Positions 10,489-21,311 of a stretch of DNA of 64,000 nt are shown here, one piece after another. Origin of the DNA: a bacterium (GTDB lineage: Bacteria; UBA8248); assembly GCA_965213685.1 (NCBI GenBank), contig CBDBZY010000043.1:88739-152738 (forward strand), written 5' to 3'. The position numbers and the translations under genes were made by a program. Position 1 is the first letter of the stretch; each line of letters starts with the position of its first letter. The notes beneath the pieces were generated by a model. That model was not told the origin of the DNA. It ran no database searches and saw nothing but the letters and a program-made list of their open reading frames with translations.

Positions 10489-10609
10489 GCGGCGGCCGGC
10501 GGCTCCCCTCCCCGCTGCCCGAGACTTGAGAAATCCCCCTGAATGCCCAACAATGGGAAAAATCCCCATCCTTATCGTTTGTGCGTGACCAAACCGGGAG
10601 GTGCTCTCA

Positions 10610-12565
<1,956 letters not shown>

Positions 12566-12581
12566 GGGGGATTCTTCAGAA

Positions 12582-13727
12582 ATGAGTTTGGAAGGTATCT
12601 TGAAAAAGGCGGTCCAGCGCATTCGCGAAGGCCAGCTCAACAACGAGGCGCAAGTCAAGCAGTCGGTCATCGTGCCGATTCTGCGCGCCCTGGATTGGGA
12701 CGACTCCGATCCGGACGAGTGCCGGACGGAATTTTCCGTTGACAACGGCCGCGTGGACTACGCCCTGCTCCGACCGGACGGCCATCCCCTGGTTTTCATC
12801 GAGGCCAAGGCGCTTGGTCGTGCGACCGCCGACGGCGAGGAGCAGGTGTTCAGATACGCCGCGAACAAAGGCGTTCCGTTTCTCATTCTGACGGACGGCG
12901 ATTGTTGGGATTTCTACCTGAGCATGGCGGCAGGCCCCCCGGCCGACCGGCGATTTTACCAGGCGGAATTGACGCGCGCGGAGAGGATTCCCGAATACGT
13001 CGAATTTTTCGAGGGACATCTTCAGAAACGCCGCGTCGTCTCGGACGCTGCCCGGCGCGCGGCAGAGGAGTTGCGCGATAGAGACCGGAAGCGGCAGAGG
13101 GCGCGCGCGGTCATTCCAGGTGTCTGGCGCGCCTTGCTGGAGGAGAAGCCCGAAGAGATGCTGCTGCTCATCGATCTGCTTGAGGAAGAGGTGAAGAAGC
13201 GGTGCGGAACCAAGCCGGAGCCGGGGGATGTAGAGGCGTATATCAGGGGGATGCGCTCCGATGCCCCGCCGCCAGCCGATCTCCCGCGGAGAACGCCAGC
13301 CGCTCGCCCCCCGGCGGTGCCGCCGGCACCCGACCCGCCTGATCCCGGGCCGGAGACAAGAGACGGCAAGCGGCCCACAATTATCGGCTTTGAGCTTGAT
13401 GGCAAGCCCATGAAAAAGGGGAAAAGCGCGAGGACCATGGTCGAAATCCTGAAAACGTTTTCGGATAAAGACCCCGGCTTCCCGGAGCGCTTCGCCCTCC
13501 ACTCTCGAACGAAGCGTGCCTCCCCACAACCGAAGGGCAAAAACCCGAAGTTGGCACAAAACCGGGCCGGCATGAAAGAGCCTGTCGCTTTGGGGGACGA
13601 ATGGTTTGTGGATGGCAATTGGCATCGTTGGGGCGTCCAGGAAGCAAGGGAGCTAATCGAGATCGCCTGCGAGGTCGCAGGCGTGAAGTTCGGCTCGGAA
13701 TTGCGGCTGATCGAGCGCGAGCGCTGA
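12582..13727 (+). CDS. HsdR-N-type PD-(D/E)xK nuclease with variable C-terminal domain, copy 1
   Basis: NEAQVK...P.L..LDWD...E...GRVDYAL...FIEAK...QVFRY...ILTDG; Pro-rich linker; C-terminal domain divergent from copies 2 and 3. Confidence 0.8.
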   Translation: MSLEGILKKAVQRIREGQLNNEAQVKQSVIVPILRALDWDDSDPDECRTEFSVDNGRVDYALLRPDGHPLVFIEAKALGRATADGEEQVFRYAANKGVPFLILTDGDCWDFYLSMAAGPPADRRFYQAELTRAERIPEYVEFFEGHLQKRRVVSDAARRAAEELRDRDRKRQRARAVIPGVWRALLEEKPEEMLLLIDLLEEEVKKRCGTKPEPGDVEAYIRGMRSDAPPPADLPRRTPAARPPAVPPAPDPPDPGPETRDGKRPTIIGFELDGKPMKKGKSARTMVEILKTFSDKDPGFPERFALHSRTKRASPQPKGKNPKLAQNRAGMKEPVALGDEWFVDGNWHRWGVQEARELIEIACEVAGVKFGSELRLIERER

Positions 13728-13888
13728 CGCCGGTCGCGCGCCCGGAACCCGGGCGGGCGGGAAATTCGGTCGGCTCCCAGAGCCTCCGGCAGCATCAGGA
13801 CGGATAGGGGGGATTGTTCAAATTTTCGCCGAGAACCAATATCAAAACCGCCCGGCAGTATCAGGACGAGCAGGGAGGATTCTTCAGA

Positions 13889-15016
13889 ATGGCTTTGGAA
13901 GGTATCTTGAAAAAGGCGGTCCAGCACATTCGCGGAGGCAAGCTCAACAACGAGGCGCAAGTCATACAGTCGGTCATCCTGCCGATTCTGCGCGCCATGG
14001 ATTGGGACTACACCGATCCGGACGAGTGCAAAACGGAATTTCCCGTTGACAAAGGCCGCGTGGACTACGCCCTGATCCGGCCGGGCGGTGCTCCCCTGGT
14101 TTTCATCGAAGCCAAGGCGCTTGGTCGTGCGACCCCTGCCGGCGAGGATCAGGTGTTCAGATACGCCGCGAACAAAGGCGTTCCGTTTCTCATTCTGACG
14201 GACGGCGATTGTTGGGATTTCTACCTGAGCATGGCGGACGGCCCCCCGCCCGACCGGCGATTTTACCGGGCGGAATTGACGCGCGAGGAGAGGATTCCCG
14301 ACTACGTCGAATTTTTCGAGGAACATCTTCGGAAACACCACGTCATCTCGGGCGATGCCCGACGCACGGCGGAGCGGCGGCTCGAGAGTGCCCGGGAGCG
14401 GCAGAAGGCGCGCGCGGCCATTCCAGGCGTATGGCGCGCCTTGCTGGAGAAACCCGAAGAGATGCTCGTCGATCTGCTCGCCGAAAAGGTGGAGAGCCAG
14501 TGCGGAACCAAGCCGGAGCCGAGTGATATAGAGGCGTTTCTCAGGGGGCTTCGCTCTGATGCCCCGCCGCCAGCCGATCTCCCGCGGAGAACGCCAGCCC
14601 CTCGCCCCCCGGCGCCGCCGGCACCCGACCCGCCTGATCCCGGACCGGAGACAAAAGGCCGCAAGAATTCCAAACTCACCGGCTTTGTCCTGCATGGCAA
14701 TAGCGTGGAAACGAAGACTGCCAGGAATACCTTGGTCGAAGTCTTGAAAGCGTTTCAGCACACGGACCCCGGCTTCCTGGAGCGCCTCGCCCTCGACCCT
14801 CGAACGAAGAGTAAATCCCGACGGCTGGTAGCGCGAAAGCGCGAGGAGCTCTATGCCAATGATCACGAACGTTGCTTTACAGATTCTGTGCCCCTGGAGA
14901 ATGGCTGGTGGGTGGGAACCCATGCGAGTAAGGCTTTTATCCGGGGACGCATCGAAATCGCCTGCGAGGTCGCAGGCGTGAAGTTCGGCTCGGAATTGAG
15001 GCTGATCGAGCGCTGA
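13889..15016 (+). CDS. HsdR-N-type PD-(D/E)xK nuclease with SeqA-C-like C-terminal domain, copy 2
   Basis: Same nuclease motifs; C-term LVEVLKAF..DPGFLERLA..RRLVA..GWWVGTH..IEIACEVAG. Confidence 0.8.
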   Translation: MALEGILKKAVQHIRGGKLNNEAQVIQSVILPILRAMDWDYTDPDECKTEFPVDKGRVDYALIRPGGAPLVFIEAKALGRATPAGEDQVFRYAANKGVPFLILTDGDCWDFYLSMADGPPPDRRFYRAELTREERIPDYVEFFEEHLRKHHVISGDARRTAERRLESARERQKARAAIPGVWRALLEKPEEMLVDLLAEKVESQCGTKPEPSDIEAFLRGLRSDAPPPADLPRRTPAPRPPAPPAPDPPDPGPETKGRKNSKLTGFVLHGNSVETKTARNTLVEVLKAFQHTDPGFLERLALDPRTKSKSRRLVARKREELYANDHERCFTDSVPLENGWWVGTHASKAFIRGRIEIACEVAGVKFGSELRLIER

Positions 15017-15112
15017 CGCCGGGCGCGCGCCCGGAACCCGGGCGGGCGGGAAATGCGGTCGGCTCCCAGAGCCTCCGGCAGTATCAGGACGAGCAGGGAG
15101 GATTCTTCAGAA

Positions 15113-16207
15113 ATGAGTTTGGAAGGTATCTTGAAAAAGGCGGTCCAGGACATTCGCGCAGGCAAGCTCAAAAAAGAGGCGCAAGTCAGGCAGGTGGCCA
15201 TCGTGCCGATTCTGCGCGCCATGGATTGGGACGACACCAATCTGGACGAGTGCGAATCGGAATTTTCCGTTGGCAAGGGCTGCGTGGACTACGCCCTGCT
15301 CCGACCGGAGGGCGGCGACCCCCTGGTTTTTGTCGAAGCCAAGGCGCCTGGTCGTGCGACCGCTGCCGGCGAGGAGCAGGTTTTCGGATACGCCGAGAAC
15401 AAAGGCGTTCCGTTTCTCATTCTGACGGACGGCGATTGTTGGGATTTCTACCTGAGCATGGCGGAAGGCCCTCCGGCCGACCGGCGATTTTACCGGGCGG
15501 AATTGACGCGCGAGGAGAGGATTCCCGAATACGTCGAATTTTTCGAGGAACATCTTCGGAAGCACCGCGTCGTCTCAGGCGATGCCCAGCAGGCGGCAAA
15601 GCAACGGCTCAAGAGCGACCGGGAGCGGCAGAGGGCGCGCGCGGCCATTCCAGGCGCTTGGCTTACCTTGTTGGAGAAGCCCGAAAAGCCGCTCGTCGAG
15701 CTGCTCGTCGAGCAGCTCGAGGATGAGGTGAAGAAGCGGTGCGGAACCAAGCCGGAGTCGGGTGATGTAGAGGCGTTTGTCATGAGGCTTCGCTCCGATC
15801 CCCCGCCGCAATCCGGTTCGCCTGATCCCGGGCCGGAGACAAAAGGCGGCAAGAATTCCAAACCCATGAAACTCACCGGCTTTGTCCTGCATGGCAATAG
15901 CGTGGAAACGAGGACTGTCAGGAATACCCTGGTCGAAATCTTGAAAGCGTTTCAGCGCGCGGACCCGGGATTCCTGGAGCGCCTCGCCCCTCTAACGGAG
16001 GGTCGAGCCCGACGGCTGGTGGCGCGAAAGCGCGAGGACCTCTATGCCAATGATCGCGAACGTTGTTTTAAAGAGTCTGCGTCCCTGGGGGATGGCTGGT
16101 GGGTGATGACCAGTGTGGGCACGGACTTCGTCCGGCGACGCATCCGAATCGCCTGCGAGGTCGCAGGCGTGAAGTTCGGCTCGGAATTGCGGCTGATCGA
16201 GCGCTGA
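15113..16207 (+). CDS. HsdR-N-type PD-(D/E)xK nuclease with SeqA-C-like C-terminal domain, copy 3
   Basis: VDYAL/VEAK/QVFGY; shortened linker; C-term GWWVMTSVG..IRIACEVAG. Confidence 0.8.
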   Translation: MSLEGILKKAVQDIRAGKLKKEAQVRQVAIVPILRAMDWDDTNLDECESEFSVGKGCVDYALLRPEGGDPLVFVEAKAPGRATAAGEEQVFGYAENKGVPFLILTDGDCWDFYLSMAEGPPADRRFYRAELTREERIPEYVEFFEEHLRKHRVVSGDAQQAAKQRLKSDRERQRARAAIPGAWLTLLEKPEKPLVELLVEQLEDEVKKRCGTKPESGDVEAFVMRLRSDPPPQSGSPDPGPETKGGKNSKPMKLTGFVLHGNSVETRTVRNTLVEILKAFQRADPGFLERLAPLTEGRARRLVARKREDLYANDRERCFKESASLGDGWWVMTSVGTDFVRRRIRIACEVAGVKFGSELRLIER

Positions 16208-16223
16208 CGCCGGTCGCGCGCCC

Positions 16224-16271
16224 GGAACCCGGGTGCGCGGGAAATGCGGTCGGCTCCGGCTTCCGGGTTCC
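16224..16271. terminator. Inverted repeat between convergent nuclease copy 3 and recN
   Basis: GGAACCCGG (16224-16232) pairs with CCGGGTTCC (16263-16271); long loop and weak U tract. Confidence 0.35.
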
Positions 16272-16276
16272 CTCTT

Positions 16277-17989
16277 TCACCCCGCCTTGCCCAGCATCTC
16301 GCGCGCGTGTGCGCGCGCCGCGTCCGTGACCTCCAGCCCCGCGCCCATGCGGGCGATCTCCTCCACCCGCTCCTCGCCGTCGAGAATTTTCACGCGCGCG
16401 GCGGTGCGGCCCCCGGAGACGCGCTTCTCGACCCGAAAATGGCGGTCGCCCAAGCTGGCGACCTGCGGCAGGTGGGTGACCACGATCACCTGATGGCTGC
16501 GGGAGACCTCCTTAAGCTTGCGCCCCACGACCTCCGCCACCGCTCCGCCGACGCCGGCGTCCACCTCGTCGAAGATCAGGGTGGGGACCCGCCCGGCGCG
16601 CCTCAGAACGGACTCGAGCGCGAGCATCAGCCGGGAGAGCTCGCCGCCCGAGGCTGCGCGCGCCAGGGGACGCGGCGGCTCGCCCGGGTTGGGGGAGAAG
16701 TGGAATTCGGCGCGGTCGACGCCGTCGGCGCGCACCGCAAGCGTTTTTTCGCCGAGGCGGACGAAGCCCGCCGGGTCCTCCCGGTGGGTGATGCGCGTTT
16801 GAAACCCGGCGTCCGCCAGACCCAGTTCGCCGAGCGCTTTTTCCACCTTCTCATCGAGTGTTCGGGAGGCGCGCGCCCTTTGCTCCGACAGCCCCCGCGC
16901 GGCCTCGGCGACCTCGGCCCGCAGCGCGTCGCGCGCCTCGGCCAGGCGTGCCTCGGCGCCCTCCTCGTCCGAGATCGCGGCGAGCCCGTTGCGGCATTCC
17001 TCCAGAAACGCGAGGCATTCCGCCTCGTCGCTCCCGTATTTGCGGAGCATCTCCCGAACGAGCGCGCGGCGCGCCTCCAGGGTCTCCAGGCGCCCGGGGT
17101 CGTGCGCTATCCCCTCCGCGTAGTCGCGCAGCGCGTCCGCCACGTTTGCGAGCTGCGCCTGTGCGGATGCGGCCTCCTCCAGCAGCGGGCGCAGGGATTC
17201 GTCCAGGGCGGCCATCCCCTCGAGTTCCCGGTGGACTTCGCCCATCTTCTCCACGATGGCCCCCTCCGCCTCGTGGAGCCGCTCGTAGAGAGAGGCCGCC
17301 CCGAGGCCCAGGCGGCCCGCGTTGCGAAGCCGGGGCAGTTCCCCCTCGATCTCCGCCAGCTCGTCCGGGCGCAGGCCGGCGCCCTCCAGCTCCTCGACCT
17401 GGAAGCGCAGGAGGTCCGCCCGCTGGGCGCGCTCCCGGACGCCCGCCCGATGCGCCTGGAGCTTCTCCTCTGCGGCGGCGAGCCTCCGCACCAGTTCGGC
17501 CAGGGAGGTTTTTTGCGCGTTCGCTCCGGCGAAGTCGTCCAGCAGCCCCAGATGGGCGGCGGGACGAAGGAGCCTCTGTTGCGCGCCCTGGCCGTGGATG
17601 TTCACCAGACGCTCGCCCACCGAGGCGAGCAGGGAGGCCGTCCCCAGCGCGCCGTTCAGGTAGATGCGGCTTCCGCCCGCCGCCGGGAGCCTGCGCCGCA
17701 CGATGAGTTCGCCCTCCTCCAGCCCCACGCCCGCCTCCTTGAGGAGGGAGCGGGCCTCGAGGCCGCCGGCGGCGTCGGATACCTCGAAAGCGGATTCGAC
17801 CACGGCCTCCCTGGCCTGCGCGCGAACGACCTCCCCCCGCGCCCGCGCGCCCAGGGTGAGGTTCAGGGCGTCGAAGACGATGGATTTTCCCGCCCCCGTC
17901 TCCCCAGTCAGGACGTTGAGGCCTGCGCCGAAGGCGATTTCCAGGTCGTCGATGATGGCGAAATTCGTGATCCGCAGCAGGCGGAGCAT
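16277..17989 (-). CDS. recN: DNA repair protein RecN
   Basis: LTGETGAGKS, ASGGELSR, IFDEVDAG, VTHLPQVA. Confidence 0.96.
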   Translation of the reverse strand: MLRLLRITNFAIIDDLEIAFGAGLNVLTGETGAGKSIVFDALNLTLGARARGEVVRAQAREAVVESAFEVSDAAGGLEARSLLKEAGVGLEEGELIVRRRLPAAGGSRIYLNGALGTASLLASVGERLVNIHGQGAQQRLLRPAAHLGLLDDFAGANAQKTSLAELVRRLAAAEEKLQAHRAGVRERAQRADLLRFQVEELEGAGLRPDELAEIEGELPRLRNAGRLGLGAASLYERLHEAEGAIVEKMGEVHRELEGMAALDESLRPLLEEAASAQAQLANVADALRDYAEGIAHDPGRLETLEARRALVREMLRKYGSDEAECLAFLEECRNGLAAISDEEGAEARLAEARDALRAEVAEAARGLSEQRARASRTLDEKVEKALGELGLADAGFQTRITHREDPAGFVRLGEKTLAVRADGVDRAEFHFSPNPGEPPRPLARAASGGELSRLMLALESVLRRAGRVPTLIFDEVDAGVGGAVAEVVGRKLKEVSRSHQVIVVTHLPQVASLGDRHFRVEKRVSGGRTAARVKILDGEERVEEIARMGAGLEVTDAARAHAREMLGKAG

Positions 17990-17996
17990 GGCGGTC

Positions 17997-18899
17997 TCAG
18001 GCCTTCCGCCCGCCGCGCGGATGGGTTTCCCACAGGAGCTTCTCCCGCAGGGTCTGGAAGAAGTCCGCCCCCCGGGGGCGTATGATGCGGACAGGGGAGG
18101 GGCTTTTGCGGACTTTCACGGAGTCTCCCGCCTCGAGTTCGCATCCGGGGAAGCCGTCGAGCGTGAGGAGAACCTCCCGCCCCTGCGCCTCGGTGTCCGG
18201 GAAGATGGTGATCTCCAGCGCCGCCTCGGCGGGCGCGACGATGGGCCGGTTGCTGAGCGTGTGCGGGCATATCGGATTGATGAGCATCGCGTTGGAGTTC
18301 GGCAGGACGAGCGGCCCGCCGGCGGACAGGGAATAGGCCGTGGAGCCGGTGGGCGTGGCGATGATGAGGCCGTCCGCGCGGAAATAGCCGAGGTGGCGGC
18401 CCTCCATCTCAATCCGGTATTCGACCATGCGCGCCAGCGGTCCGGTGGTGAGCACGACGTCGTTCAGCGAATCGGAGAGCGCAGGCGTCGCGCCGTTCTT
18501 GCGCACCGAGGCGCTTAGCCGCATCCGCGATTCGATGGAGAATTCCCCCCGGATCAGTATTCCCTTCAGCGCGGGGTAGAGGTCGGCCTGGGGGACGTCG
18601 GCCAGAAACCCCAGATGCCCGGTGTTGATGCCCAGCAGGAGGGGCGACTCCCCGGTGACGTTGTGGGCGGTGCGCAGCATGGAGCCGTCGCCGCCGAATA
18701 CGATGACGAGGTCGGCCCCCTCGAGGACGTCCTCGCGCGCCAGCCCCCCCTGCTCTCCCGCCATCCTGGCCGTGTCCGCGTCCAGCCCGACCTCGAAGCC
18801 CTCCCCCCGCAGCCAGGCGGCGAGCGCCGCGAAATCGAGCGGGGCTCTCTGTGCCTGCGGCCACGCCGTCAATGCGATGCGTCGAATGTTTGCCGACAA
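17997..18899 (-). CDS. nadK: NAD kinase
   Basis: GGDGSML, LND, ADGLIIATPTGSTAYSLSAGGP. Confidence 0.95.
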   Translation of the reverse strand: MSANIRRIALTAWPQAQRAPLDFAALAAWLRGEGFEVGLDADTARMAGEQGGLAREDVLEGADLVIVFGGDGSMLRTAHNVTGESPLLLGINTGHLGFLADVPQADLYPALKGILIRGEFSIESRMRLSASVRKNGATPALSDSLNDVVLTTGPLARMVEYRIEMEGRHLGYFRADGLIIATPTGSTAYSLSAGGPLVLPNSNAMLINPICPHTLSNRPIVAPAEAALEITIFPDTEAQGREVLLTLDGFPGCELEAGDSVKVRKSPSPVRIIRPRGADFFQTLREKLLWETHPRGGRKA

Positions 18900-18975
18900 A
18901 GGAGCGTCTCCCGGAGCCTCGTGGGTGGGGAAGTATCCCAGGGCGAACGCCTCCGCCGCAACCGCCGGGAGGCGG

Positions 18976-19887
18976 TCACGGACCGGTGCGCGCGGCGTCT
19001 TTTTTTCGTCTCGGCAGGCGGCGCCAGTAGCGGCAGGCGTCCTGGAGCGGGCAGCCCGCGCAGAGGTGGACGTCTCTTTTGCTCGGGCAACGCTTGAGGA
19101 TGCCCATGCGCGAGATGGCGAAATCGTAGCGCACCGGGTCCTCGGGGTCGATGCGCCGGAGGTTTCGGGTGATCTCCAGAGCCATCCGGAGGTTCGGCGT
19201 CTTCCGGTCGGTGAGCCCCAGCAGACGCCCGATGCGCGCGACGTGGGTGTCGAGGGGGATGATGAGCTGCCGCGTTTCGGGCGTTTTCCACAGGCCGAGG
19301 TCCAGGCCGTCGGCGGGTCGTATCATCCAGCGGAGGAACAGGTGGAGCCGCTTGCACGCGCCGCCGGCGGCCGGGTCGGGCAGCAGATAGCGCACCTCGC
19401 GCCTGATGTTCGGGTTCCCGGGCGTTGGCACCGCCTCCAGCAGGCGGCCGCGAAACTCCCCCAGCGCCCCGTGCAGCGTCTCCTCCTCCGGTCGGTAGCC
19501 GCGCAGGAAGAGGGCCTCGAGCGAGCCCTCCTCTCGCAAGGCTGCGCCGATCCCATGGGCGAGAAGCCCGAGCGCCTCGGGCCCCACCCATCGGTGGTAG
19601 AGTCCCTGAAAAAGGCGGGCGTCCCGCGAGGCGCGATAGCGGCGGAGGGCGTCGGCCGGCTGCGGGCCCAGGGGCGCCAGGACGCGCCGGACGCTCTCGC
19701 GTATGGCCGCGGCGTTCCCGAAGGCCAGCGACGCGCTGAAAAAGGCCGCGACCTCGCGGTTCGCCGCCCCCTCGTAGCCATGCGCGATCCCGAGCGGGTC
19801 GGTGGCCAAGTAGGATTTCACGTGGTACGTCCGGGCGAGCGCGTCGAGCTTCTCTTTGAGGAGCGGCGCCCCTTTCGCGGGCGGCAT
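18976..19887 (-). CDS. TIGR02757/DUF2400 family protein (HhH-GPD-like, C-terminal Cys cluster)
   Basis: ACKRLHLFLRWMIR, IPLDTHV, DPVRYDFA, C-terminal C..C..C..C. Confidence 0.85.
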   Translation of the reverse strand: MPPAKGAPLLKEKLDALARTYHVKSYLATDPLGIAHGYEGAANREVAAFFSASLAFGNAAAIRESVRRVLAPLGPQPADALRRYRASRDARLFQGLYHRWVGPEALGLLAHGIGAALREEGSLEALFLRGYRPEEETLHGALGEFRGRLLEAVPTPGNPNIRREVRYLLPDPAAGGACKRLHLFLRWMIRPADGLDLGLWKTPETRQLIIPLDTHVARIGRLLGLTDRKTPNLRMALEITRNLRRIDPEDPVRYDFAISRMGILKRCPSKRDVHLCAGCPLQDACRYWRRLPRRKKDAARTGP

Positions 19888-20336
19888 CAAAACGCTCCAT
19901 GCGTGTCGAGCAGCAGGGTGACGGGGCCGTCGTTCACGATTTCCACCTCCATCATGGCGCCGAAGCGGCCCGTGGCGACCGGAACGCCCGTTTTCTCGAC
20001 CCGCGCGATGAAGCGCTCGTAAAGAAACTCCGCCCGCCCGGGCGGGGCCGCTGCGGAGAAGCTGGGGCGCCTGCCCTTTCGGCAATCGCCCTGCAGGGTG
20101 AACTGGCTGACGATGAGCATCTCCCCGCCCGTGTCGAGGAGGGAGAGGTTCATTTTTTGGGCCGCGTCCTGGAATATCCGCAGGCGGGGAATCTTCCCGG
20201 CCAGGAGGTCGGCGTCCCTCTCGCCGTCCTCGCGCCCGACGCCCAGAAAGACGAGAAGCCCCCCGCCAATCTCTCCGACCACCTCCGCGTTCACCCGGAC
20301 GCAGGCGCGGCGGGCGCGCTGGAGAACGGCTCTCAC
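19887..20336 (-). CDS. dtd: D-aminoacyl-tRNA deacylase
   Basis: MRAVLQR, SQFTL, KGRRPSF, NDGPVT. Confidence 0.96.
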   Translation of the reverse strand: MRAVLQRARRACVRVNAEVVGEIGGGLLVFLGVGREDGERDADLLAGKIPRLRIFQDAAQKMNLSLLDTGGEMLIVSQFTLQGDCRKGRRPSFSAAAPPGRAEFLYERFIARVEKTGVPVATGRFGAMMEVEIVNDGPVTLLLDTHGAF

Positions 20337-20603
20337 GTTCGTCCGCCCGGCGGAAGCATCGCCTTCTCCCCTGTGGCCGGTTCCCTCTTCTTTCTTTGCG
20401 CCGGCATGCGGAGCAAGAGTATATGGCGGGGGCGGTGAAATTCAACGTCCGCCCGCCCCGCCGCGCGACGGCTGCGGGTCGGGCGCGTCATGTGCTTTGG
20501 TTGAAATGCGGAGGGGGATATGCGACATATCCCGTGTGAAATTTCGGGAGTATTCCCGTTCCTGAAGGGGAACGCGGCGTCTTGACCACGATGGGGGCGG
20601 GCA

Positions 20604-21203
20604 TTGTCCAGTGCGGAGAAGTTATACGGCAAGAAGGTGTTCACCACGTTCGAGGTGGCGCGGATTTGCGACGTCACGCCGGTGACGATTCAAAACTGGG
20701 TAGACAAGGGCTGGCTGGGTGCGTACCGAACGCCCGGAGGCCACAGAAGGGTGTGCAGGGAGGATCTCCTCTCCTTTCTGGAGTCCCGCAGCATCCCCCA
20801 CGCTTTCGCGGAAAAAGCGGCGCCCGCCAGGGTGCTCATCGTGGACGGCGCGTCGGGCCTCGCCGATTCTCTCCGGGAGGCGTTGCTGCGAGACGGGCCG
20901 GGGTATGACGTGCAGGTGGCGCGCGACGGGTTTTGCGCAGGCTATCTGTACGCCAGGCTGAACCCGGACGTGGTGATACTCGACTGGAACCCCCCGGGGG
21001 TGGACGGCTACGAGGCGTGCCGCCGGATGAGGGAGAACGGCGCGGACACGCCCGTCCTGCTGGTCGGCGGCCATTCGGATCGGGATGGGCGGGAGCGCGT
21101 CCTGGGTCTGGGCGCGGTGCACTTTCTTCCGAAGCCGGTGGATGCGGCGGGACTCCGGAATCTGGTGCGGGCGTCCATATCGAATCGCCTCGGCTCCGCC
21201 TAG
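20604..21203 (+). CDS. Response regulator with N-terminal excisionase/MerR-like HTH
   Basis: FTTFEVARIC...RTPGGHRR followed by a receiver domain (ILDW, PKP). Confidence 0.85.
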   Translation: MSSAEKLYGKKVFTTFEVARICDVTPVTIQNWVDKGWLGAYRTPGGHRRVCREDLLSFLESRSIPHAFAEKAAPARVLIVDGASGLADSLREALLRDGPGYDVQVARDGFCAGYLYARLNPDVVILDWNPPGVDGYEACRRMRENGADTPVLLVGGHSDRDGRERVLGLGAVHFLPKPVDAAGLRNLVRASISNRLGSA

Positions 21204-21311
21204 CGCCTGCGGGGGCATCCCGAAAAAACCGCGCGCGCGGCGGAGGCCGCCGGCCGCCTCGCTTCTTGGGGCGCGCCCCTTCCCCCCGGTGCGGATGGGG
21301 GCGGGCTTGCG

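Noticed and set aside
13778-13888. Repeat-spacer-repeat as a mini CRISPR
   Set aside because: Only two degenerate repeats, derived from the acs coding end, and no cas genes.
12582-16207. Diversity-generating retroelement or integron as the source of array variation
   Set aside because: No reverse transcriptase or integrase in the window, differences are not adenine-restricted, and no attC-like RYYYAAC/GTTRRRY boundaries are evident.
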